Of a stretch of 64,000 nucleotides of DNA, positions 13,243 through 25,200 are shown piece by piece (position 1 is the first letter of the stretch; each line of letters begins with the position of its first letter). Below the pieces are notes generated by a model. The model searched no databases. It worked only from the letters and a program-made list of their open reading frames with translations, and had not been told where the DNA came from. The translations under genes were made by a program, and so were the position numbers. Location of the stretch: NCBI GenBank assembly GCA_964057225.1, contig OZ059898.1, positions 12,648,001-12,712,000 on the forward strand, read 5' to 3'. This DNA comes from Auanema rhodensis (taxonomy: Eukaryota; Animalia; Nematoda).

Positions 13243-16200
13243 CTAACAAGTACGATAGAAGCAAGGCTGTTTCTCGTATTCACTGCCATTACACTGACCA
13301 CTGCCATAGCATTTTCGAACACGTTTACGGATTCCTTCGCCACAAGTCTCGGAACATGTCGACCAATATCCCCAACCTATAATGATGTTTTATAAGAAAA
13401 CAGTTATGCTCTTCAATTGGTTTGGTTGTCAAACGCACACCATAACTAAAGATATTTCACACTTGCATTCTGTCAACACAGGCAGATGATGAAAAAAGGA
13501 AAAACACACACGCATGTGAACTGAGGTGATAATAGTGCAAAGTTTTAAATGAAAAAAAAAAGTTTTGTTCGAAAAATGTTGATGTGAGTGCAGAAAACGA
13601 AGTTTATCTTCAACCTATACGTTGAAGATAAGCTTATATGAAAATGAAAACCACGCATGTCACACGATCTCACTGTTTTCAAATTATTCTTGTAATAGAT
13701 TTTTGTCGAGTAGATGCAGGTCCGTGTCTTCAGTGTCTGGATGTTGACCCATTTTTTTAATTTAATTTTTTTTTTTATAAAAATAATTTTTTTTCAAGCT
13801 TTTTCAGCTTTATTTTTTCTAATTTTTTAACTTTTTTTTCTTTTTTTGATATATCTTTTTTTGATATCTTCAACATAAACTTTTTTGTATAATTGGTCAG
13901 TACTCGCAGATCTGATTATATTTCTTTTCGAATGAATTCCTTTCTCACCTCCCCAGGCTGCATTTCTGTTCTCGCATTCGCGATCATTACAAATTGCCGA
14001 CTCTTTCCAGTTACCGGGACAGTTTCCGGTCTGACAGAATCGAGTTCGTCGTTTAACCTGCAAAAAGAAATCATATATAGTGAAATGACTTCAATAGACT
14101 ATGATCTCCACAAAGTCTATCGTAATGACACGTACTCCTGCTCCACAACTGACTGAACATTGTGACCATTGAGACCAGATCGACCATTCGCCAGATGACT
14201 TTGTATGACATGGCTGTTCGTTGCAGAATTGTTGCTCACTTGTTGGTCCAGAACAATCATTTCCAAGGCAACTTCTGTAAGAATGTTTTAGTCAGTGTGA
14301 TTTCTTGAATTGTTTCTCATTAGCGTACCTACTACGTGAACGAATACCTCTTCCACAAACACGACTGCATTCATTCCATTCGTTCCAATTTGTCCATTGA
14401 TTAACAAATGCACGAGCTGGACAAGTTCCCTTATTACATGAACGACGTTCGTGGGCAGATCCATCACAAGGCTCGCGGGCACATGAACGTTGACGGACCA
14501 TTGTTCCTGGACCGCAAGAGGTTGAGCATGTAGACCAATCGTTCCATGAACCCCATACACCGACAGCAGTACATGGGCCGGCATCACATCTTCGAACTTC
14601 AATGCTTTTCTCTGGAAAAAAGATGATTGATATTAGAGGTAGGTTGGTAGACATGATAATGGCCATTTAAAGCTGGAATTAAGTTTGAATGCGAGCAAGT
14701 TAGTTGTTAGTTAAAGCAAGTATAATATAAAGCGTAAGAATTATAATAAGCAACACGAGAACAAGCAAAAGCTCTGAATCAAATGCTGCACCTTCTTCTT
14801 CAACGTCTTCAAAATCGTCAGTAGTATTGGTATTAGTTTGGTTGTTAGGTTGTGTTAGTAAAGCACCTTTGAAGTATGTTACTCTAACATGCATATCAGA
14901 ATCATCATCCTCTCCATTTTCTGTACCAGAAGCAGTAGTGTCAGTCGAAGCAGTGTTACTTTCAGAAGCACTTTTCTCACCATGGCAATCGAAAGCTAAT
15001 GTTCGTTGAGGTGTCATGCACTTTCTGTATCTAGCTTGTGATCCACGTCCACAAGATACAGAACATTGATTCCATTCGGTCCATGTTGTCCAACTGAAAT
15101 AGTTTTTTTTAATTGTTTTTGAACAATATGGGGCTCATAAAATATTCAGGATTTTAAATTTAATTTATTATATTTGTTGTAAAAACAAATGCTTACGTGT
15201 TTGGCCCATCGACATCCAAAGGACATGGGTCCTTGTTACATTGTTCAGTCTCAATAAGACTTTCAATACATTTACCTCCAGTACATGTGCGTGATCTGAA
15301 ACATTCGAATGAATGATTGAAGAAGATTTATTTGTTTTTTACCTTTTACGATATCCACCACCACAACTGACAGAACATTGAGTCCATAAACTCCAGACTC
15401 CAAGTACTCCATGTACTGGCTTGGGATGCTCAACAGGAGGAGGCTTGATGCAAGTATCGGTTGGACATGGTAAATCTCTTCCGATTAAAGCATTGTTATT
15501 ACATTGTAATGGCTGAATGACATCATGTTATTCTCAGAAACTCTTTCTGCATAGTTCTTACCAAACATTCTCCGTCTAAACAGTATCGTTCATATCCGCA
15601 AGATGTACCATCAGGCAAATTATCTCCAAAGAAACGATAATTACGTTGACTTCCGAAACGATTGGCAACATCACAGAAAACCTGTAAACAGCATGAAAAG
15701 TTATTGAACGCTCCAAGAAAATATGCTGATAAGATGATAATTTGCTAACACATATTCTGAGTGTTGTTTCATCTTCGTCTTCATTTAAATTATTTTTTTT
15801 TTATTAATTTGCAAACTTTTTTTGAAACAAATGATTTGTTTAATTTCAAACAAAATTGCTGATTGTCCGTTAAATTATTTATAATGTTACACGATGTAAC
15901 TAAACAGGTATTGCCCTTTAACAGAAAGCCTGTTATCAGACAACATGTTGTAAAGTTTCGAAAAGCAATATACTTAATTGTAGAAACATAAACAAAAAAA
16001 ATTTCAACTTTAAGTAAATAGATGGATTACTTAGTAATTGGTTTAATTCAAACATTCTTCTCTTTGGTTTTAACTGTTAAATGAGAAATTGCATTGAAAT
16101 GACAGTTTAAATGAGATATAACTTACTTTGCAAGCTCTTTGTGGATAACGGTTAAGTTGACTTCCGGTACCAGTGAGATCATTATCATTCTTCAAACGCT

Positions 16201-19200
16201 TATGCTCCATACATTTTTCAGAAATGTACTGTAAAAATTCGAGTTAATGATAAGAAATATGATATATTAATCTTTTTTTATCTTTGTGACCTAATTTTGA
16301 AAAAGAATTTCGCTGAATAAATGCAATTTTGAGAATTATTTGAAATAATTATGAATATTTTCATAATATAGTTCCCTCTATAATCATTGATAAATGCCAG
16401 TTGATATAGTAGCACTCATTGGATTAGCCCTGTTTTCACAAAAAAAAAGAAAAAAAGCAATTCATGTTCTAATTGGGTTTGACATGTTTTTGACGGCACT
16501 TTGTTCAAATCTCAAGGCCCCCGAGGTGGTTTAGATGATTGAACACACAAAAAGAGAGAATAACCGCCTGTTGGGCGCAAAGAACATGGTTGTGCGAGAG
16601 CTGGTAGAAGATACTAAATGTGTGATAATGGTTTAATGAATTCTGAGAGATATACCAGTAACTTAATCATTTGAAGTTTTTTTTTCTGGTTTTTGTACGA
16701 TTATAGTTTGAGAGGTGAAGGCGAATTGAATTCATCGATATCTATTATCCTGTGTGCAACATACCTGTTCGACGGTTTGAGTAGAAGCACAATAGCGATC
16801 GCATACAACAGATTGTAATGTGCTTCCAACGCAATCATCTCCCCCATTGGTTGGGTATGGGTTGGAGCATGTTCTGCGGGTTGTCGCGAGGCCGATAGAG
16901 TTCCGGATAGGTGAGCATGAGCAACTGTTGCAGTTGGTTGGAGTCCAACCAGACCATCCCCCGTCCTGTTTCTGCAAATTAAATTCATTAACTGATATCC
17001 CATTGTACTAAAATCCGTACCTTGGGTACGTTCCAGGTTGAAGTTGTCGGCGGCTGTTCCGTCGACAAAGGCGCCCGAAAAGGAGCCTCTGTGGTTGTGG
17101 TGGCAATAGCCCCTTGTCCAGTCCATGGCACACAACGGCCAAGCTGGCACCATTTATTGGGGCCACAGAATGTTCCTAAAATTGCAAAGCTGAATTTCAG
17201 AAGCTATAACTCTGTTATACCTTCTAAAGCTGGATGTGAAGTAATAATGCGACCGAAGGATGACTGTCCACACCACATCATGTAGCAAATGCCATCGAAA
17301 GAATCTTGACGAGGAGTAACCTGAACACACAGTATTGATGATATTCAGTATAATTTTTCTTAATCAGTATCATATAAAGATCCCCCAGTTTGAAAGATTC
17401 AGTTACAAAATAAAGAAAGTTATTGAAAAATATTTTCATTGTCAACCGAGACAATTTTGATGAACCCCCTACCGTTCTAACCGGAAGTGCAAGGTCAACC
17501 CATGTGTCATAATACTTCTACAGATTTAGTAGTCCATTTATTATTTCAGTCACTTTTCATTGGTTGACACGAACGTTTTCAAATATTTTTCTATCCACAG
17601 TTCATACTTCAAGCCCTTTAGCACACTACTCTCCTGTTATGATAATGCTAAACATACCTGACGATAGCCAACTCCATGCATCAGTTCACATTGTAAATTG
17701 GCATCATACACTTGTCCTGGCTTGATATTCACAGGAATCGTTAACTTAACTGGCATATTCGATACACGTAAACAGTTTCTTCCACGTGCACTGTAAAATA
17801 AAAATACAATATCAGTATATTATATTGTTGACAATATATTTTTTTACATAAAACATAATTAAAATGACTTTTAAGTTTAAAATGATGTCAATGTATCCAA
17901 ACTTACTCCATTCTTTGTAAGAATTGATGATAATCACGAAGTGAGCATGTACTCCATGTAACTTTTCCTGGCCCAAGTGATGAACTCATAATGTGCTTTG
18001 ATGGACAATATGGTTCATCGTGACGCATTCCAACACTGAATTTCAATAATTAATTCCAATAAGTTCTTCTACATATAGTTTTAGCATAAATCTCCTTCAA
18101 ATCCCAATACGTGAACTTATTCACGTTTTCACGTAAAAAATCTTCGTACGTGAACATGATAGCATCTTATTTTCATTTTAATCATATCGAACAATGACGG
18201 ACGGACGGTTGTATTCTGTTGTTCTTTTTTTCGTTTATCATTTTCGAAATGTCAGAGAAATAAAAAAAATGAATTTAATAACTGTCCAATCACTAATAGG
18301 CAGAAGTAGGCTAGATGATAGACAAAATAATTTATGCCCATATATGTCAGGTTTTATGCTAAAATGCAGGAGATATATGTATTGTGATGATATGATCTGA
18401 AGTTTGCGAAATGAAATTTCTGCATTAACTTCAAACTTTTTCGATTTTACCGTTTATCTCTCACGTATCTCTCTCATTATACTTGTTTTTGCAGAATAAA
18501 CATCAGAATATTTGTTGTTTACCTGTGACCGAGCTCGTGAGTTCCAATAAAGGCTGATGTGAAATCTAAACCTTCAGCGAGTGTGCAAGTATTCCAAGGA
18601 TCGCACATTCCATCTAAACGAGCAATACCAGAGATGGAACGACTTCCAACTCCACGATGAATATCATAACTGCAAATTGAATACAAGTATAAACTGATAT
18701 ACAAGAAGATTTGATTGTAAATGCCAAAACTATACCCAGTTAACATGATAGCATGATCCCAATCGCGGACACCAAGATTTCTTTGATAACGACAGAAACG
18801 ATCAAGATACATTTGAGCATTTCCATGATTGTGAAGATGTCCAGCTAATGCTGGCTGAAAATCATTTAACCAGTTACATTGGGTCCCAAAAGGGTAGTTG
18901 ACTTACAGGTTGCTTCTGTAAAACTTCATACCTAATAACTTTGAAAGTTAAAGGTGGAGAAGCAGTTGGTTGATAATACATAATTTGAATATTATTAAGA
19001 AGTGTAAGAGTATAATCTTGAAGTTTTTCATGTGAATGAGATCCATATTTACTATTAAAGTGACGCCATAGAAGCTCATCAACAAATACAGCTAATTCAA
19101 CCTAAAAATAAACTTAAATTAGGGAGAAGACCTTGAATTTCTGTATTTTTAGTGATTGTTCATAGGGTTTATTCGTTTTTTTTTTGCAGATTAAAGTGCA

Positions 19201-22200
19201 AGAGGATGTTTCGATCTAGTTACTCACAACTAAGTCTGAATCTTGGGTCAAGCGTTGTCCGGTAACGAAGACGTCCTCGAAAATGGCATTTTCATCTTCC
19301 ATCAAACTCTCTTCAGTTACAACATTGTCCAGACCACAGAAATCATTTACTTCTTTCTTTCCAGCTAAAGTACTACGCTTGTAGACAATATGAACACCAT
19401 GCTCTGAAAATGAATAATGTTATGGATTTCTAATTTCTTCACATTTCCTACCGTTGTCAGCTTGACGCTTAGAACGATGAGCATGTTTATCAGGGAAAGG
19501 ATGAATAACATGAATACCATCAGAATCAATGATAGTTCCTTTCTGAAAAATATCCAAATTATCTTTGAAAATTTATTTTTTCTTTAAATCTTTCTTATTT
19601 TCATTATAACATTCACATCACATTCAAACTAACCAAAGTTCAATTAACCAATAATTATATCAATTATATGCTGATTATAGCAGTAAAGCGATGTCTTGAA
19701 TTGAGTTTTTCTATCTCTTTCAAAAATTTCTCAAACAAATTTAATTTTCTTTCTTGCGATCATTAACAAAACATGACTTCTGTTCAGCGTAATCGACAAT
19801 TTTACAATTGACCAGACAGATAAAAGAAAGGAAAAAACTAAGAGACAATCAGAAATTGCCTATTTTCTGATTGAAAATCTTTTTTTTTGTTAAAATTTCA
19901 CTTCGAAATCCGACAAGTTTCCTCTCAAATAGTACTACGAAAGTTGGAAATCTCCCTACGCTCTGTTGGCTATTCGTATAATTTGAATTATCTCTCAAGG
20001 TTTGTCATGCCATGAACTTCTTAGTTAGATCAATTTTCCAAACAGGATGATGTGTTAAGATGATTATTCTCAATTTAAAAAAAACTTGGTTCCCTAAGTT
20101 CATCATCTGTAGCTTAATTTCAAAAACCTTTTTTTTTCGTAAAAATCTCCATTTTCTCAATTATGTGCTGAGATAGTATTCAGAACTTACAATTCGTCCA
20201 TCACAGTTTGAGATGGCAGCGAATGTATGGTTAGACATGAAGCGATAGTGACAGCTGTTGGGTCGTGAGTCAAGACTTAGTCGACCTGAAATACAAGAAA
20301 AAAATAAATTTTATTCAATCGTTGATGTCATCATGACATCATATTTTAAGGAGAAAGATGTTCATTCGATTGAACACAATTCAGAGTTAATCGAGTTAAA
20401 GGATAGCAGTGTGTCTGAGTAGTAAGAGCTGACTACAATGCTGCGCATGAAGCGTCAAATCCATTAAATATTTTTACAAAATAAAAGTTTTTTTTGCCTT
20501 TTCTGGCATAATTTTAACAAAATAATTGAAATGAGAAATTGATTATTATCATGAATTAATTCTATTTTGGTACGAGATTTTCAAATAATTAGCCATTTAC
20601 CTCCATTACTTTCATCATGATGAACGACAGTTACTCGTTCACCTACCAAACTATCAACAGTAGGATGTAATGGAATTGAGTATTGACGATCTTTGATCTG
20701 AAAAAAGACGAACAAATGAAATAATCAGACAAGTATAATCTATTTTTTGAATCTAGACATCAAGTTGGTGTTTGAAATACCTTCAGCTCAATATGCTTTA
20801 GTGTATCGCTTTTGTCTCCGCCATACTGAATTTTCGGAAAAACTTCCTCATAGTCGGGAACTGAAAATAAGAATTTGATATATGGGATGAATTTCGAACA
20901 TCTTGAAAAAGTGTATGACTGTATATATTCATGTTTGAAGGATTTATTTGATGATTTTTGCTCATCCAATATCCTCTGTTATCGGTTCGTTATATCTATA
21001 GTGTGTGAGTGACATCACTCAGTCAATTTCAAATAAGAGAAAAGATATGTGTTACCTTCGCCTATTGTCTCAACTCCGAATGTGTATCGAAGCTCTTCTG
21101 GAGTGAAGAACTGCACTACAGCAGCTGATTCCTGTAATAAGAACATATATTATATTATACTGTATTCGTTATTCAAATCAATTATTGATTTGTTTTTAAT
21201 TATTTTAAGTAAAAATTGAGGAAAAGCTGATAGAGAAAGGTTCAGTTAAAACTATTTCACGGTTACATTTCACACATTCAAGACCGGATTTATCAGTTTT
21301 GACGAGAAAAGACAAGAATTGAACCATTTGATGAAGTTGTTGTATTTATAGTTTTTATACTTTTAGATTTATATATCAACGAGCAAAAAAAAGGTCAAGC
21401 ATTATGCGTTGTGAATGTTCAAAGTTTGTCGTCCGAAAAAGAAAAAAAACAAGGAAATATTAAGGAATATATGACGTTTTTCCATACGAAGAGTTTAAAA
21501 AAAAATAAAAAATCTCGCTTATTAATCGAAATTCAAGGTTATTCTGGTACAACTCATCAACGTTTGCAAAGTAACTATCGTGTCTTCATATCTTTCAAGA
21601 TATGGTTACAGTTTAAACATATTTATTACTTTTGACTTGAACTTCTACATCAACTACGATGTACGTCAATCACAACAACGAGGAAGACGATGTTGGCGAT
21701 GATGATGATGATGATTTCGTGAACATCGATGGATCGTTGATTTGCAAATTCTGTTTCAGAATCTGATTATTGTATCTCTTGATGTTTTCATATCATGTTA
21801 TCGACAAGTTACACTCCCTTTCCTTTATAATTAAGGTGACATAAGATCAGATAAATCTTGTTCATATCAAATTTTGAAAACTTCTATTCAGATTCCAAAT
21901 GAACTACTATCGAAATTGGATTGACTTATATGGAATTGACATCTTAAAATGCTTGCTATACATAGTTTTGCAGAGAAAACAATGCAAATGATGATATTGT
22001 GAATATCAATCAACTCATCCCCCCAACTCTTGTTTAGTTTCTTTCATTTTTCATTAAAAATTTTTTTTCGTTTTTCCTGATATTGTACATTAAAACCTAT
22101 GGGTGTGGTTAGAAAATTGAAGCATTTATCATGCTGTTTCTTTAAAACGTTACGCTGAACATGTACATGTATAGATATCAGATGGACCCACTTCCTCGGC

Positions 22201-25200
22201 CTAACCTACCTATGTATATGTCATCGAATGACGACATCAAGTATATTCTAATGAAATAAAAGATGAGAATCAAGAAGAAAAAGACATTGAAAAATTAATT
22301 TCTGGGTAACTACGACGAACTTTGATTTCAATTTAGAGCGGAAATTAGTATAATCGGCCAACAATCTACATCGATTTCATGTTTCATCTGGATTTCAATG
22401 GTCACTGTCTGCATCATGCAAACATATTCAATTTATCAGAATTTACTGCTACAGTTCAAATTCCCCCCCCCCCCCTAAGTTTGGTTGCAGCGTACTATCA
22501 TCAATCGTCCACATTCTCAGCAGTATTTGATCATTCATGCTTTGCTGTGTGATGGTTGATGACGTGTACAGCTACTCTTTAGACTCAAAACACTTCAGAA
22601 AGCTGGCCATTCGGTTACAGAAGACTGACAAGATATGTTGCTATTCTGGTTTTGACATCATTGATGACTCTTCAGATATCTTATCCTCACAGTGGATTAG
22701 ATATAATGTATTTTGCCATCATCTTCCTGCTTCCCTTTTTTTGAGTCTACTTCTTATTGTCTATCTTCCCGTCTTTCAGCTTGGAAAGGCCTTTTCGGGC
22801 AATTCAAGCTGTATTATGCTGTATGAAGGATGGATGAAAGATGAAAAAACATAATTCCAACAATATGAACATGTATAAGCGGATTAAGGGGAGAAAAGGA
22901 CAGTCTGAGTGGCTGAAGTAGTCAAGGTCTCGCATCGGCGTCGCTGCCATCAGACGGCGCCATGTTATACTGCTGCCAATGACTGTATGAAAATACCTTA
23001 TACATTCGATTGTCTACAGCCCTCTTAATTAGTGTTGTCTAACTGATTACTTCTATTTCAGCATCAGAGACAGATCACATGATCATATCAGTGAGACTAG
23101 AACGGAAATCAGTATCCGCTGATAAACATCCGATGACCATTGATTCTCAACGCCTTAACCGTTTGCAATTTTGTTGGCATCAGAAGCATCATCACATCTA
23201 AGAGGAAGTGTAAGATGAGAAAAGATAAATGGCAACTATGTAGTCACATCATAGACAACGAAGGGCAAAAAGTGAAAAGAAGACAACCCGGAAATGAGGA
23301 GAAAATTCATATTGGGACCAAACGGCCAAAAAAATTATAAACTGCCATAGTTCGTATGTCAGATTCCAGTTTAATAAGTATACAGGCTGACCAATAGCAA
23401 GGTTTTGTCTTCATGGACTCCATGAATCTCGATCAAACTGATCGCGATGGCAGAAGAAAAAAAACAGGAAGTGCGTCGAGTAATGATGAGATGATATAGA
23501 ACTAGTGGTTAGGAAGTTGGTCATATAACATTCATTATACTATTCTATCATACTCATTATGATTATGAACAATAAAATAGAGGATTTATCATCGTCTTCT
23601 TCTTCTTTTTTTTTTGAAAAAGTAATTAACTTAGATCATTGGCAATAAGTTCCACCTTGACTACTACCACCATCATCAACATCATCGTTAAAATTACTCA
23701 AATGAAAAATTCATTACTTATCTAATGGCCGGCAATTGAATAGCAATTTCAACAAATTATCCGGTCACAAGTGTTGTGATTAGAGAGTGATAAGGGCTAT
23801 CTGTTTGGGTTTCGCTTCTATCTCATCCATGGCCTTCCCAATTGGACATCATTTCAGTCTCTCACTCTCTCTCTCTATCGCTTTCGCTTCTAGGAGTAGT
23901 GTGTCGTTGAAACAATTAGAAAAACTGACAACAGATCTGAGAAAGATGCTAGATGCGTTGATGTTGAGACAATTAAACTTCTAAACTTCGTTTTGTTCAT
24001 GTCCTCTTTTTCCGGAAACTATTTTTCTTTTCCCGTTTTTTCCCTTAATTTACATTAGTATCATCACGTGAGAGTCCGCGTGAACTAACGTGTAATGCAA
24101 TCAAAGTCATTTCGATTACTGAAGTCGTATTGAACGGTTGTATACAGCAACACAGCCAAGTAGTGCATGGGCTTTCCCTCAACAAAGGCCATTTCATATA
24201 TTTCAGTGTTGTTGTTGAAACTTGAAGATTAGGAGGAACAGTAAGACCGGAAACATTCGACTGGGGTGTGAACGTTGCGATTAGCCTTTTCAAGTGTTTG
24301 GATCACGTAAACTTTTGTTGACATGCTTCATCGTGACCCGGGAACAGGTTAGATTTATGCTTCAGCTGTTCCGGCTGAAAGGAAAGACGAAATTCCCCTT
24401 CATAAAAATGTTTGAAGCTGATTCAATTAAGAAGCTTTAGGTCTATTCATGAAAGTTAGTTGGAAATTGTATGTGAAATCAAAAAACTAAATGTCGAGGG
24501 ATTGAGAAAGTTTCAATTCAATGACAGTTAATAGTAGTAAAGAGATCGGAGATGGTTTTTCTCCCGTACTATAGACTACCCGATTCAATGGCCTTCTATA
24601 GAAACATTTATTTCAGCTAATACTTTCAAAAATGAGAATCAAAATAATCTGGCTTATTTCAGGCAAAATCTAAAAGATTTTTTTGACCATTTTTCAGTTA
24701 GCTTGTCTAAGACTTCAAAGTTAGAAGGTTTATCGCGAGATGACCGTGACGAACAAGCACAAGCTGTCTTAGATATACACTTATACACATTCAGCTAATT
24801 TTTTGAAATCCAGCGTTAGATTCATATCCAGAATCCGATGGCGCCACTAGTCTAGAGATATACTTCTCTTACACACACTTTCTTCCATTCATATCTCTGT
24901 TCTTATTCATTCTGTTCTTCTGTATCCGTACGCATGTGAACAAGGTGTTTTAGGGGGGGCAGGGGAGATCCCGCGAAACCCGGGACTAGGTGCACGAGAC
25001 ACGTTCAACAAACATTCAGATCAACTAACAAGGCCCGTGACAATTTTATTTAAGAAATTGTTATTTGAAAGTTTGTTGTTTATTTTTGTAATAACATATG
25101 AGGAAAAGCAAAAAAATGGGATGTTAAACCAGATGTCTCATTTCCTTTTCTGGTATGGTCAACTAGATTATTTCATGCTTTTCTGCTTGAAAACACCGGA

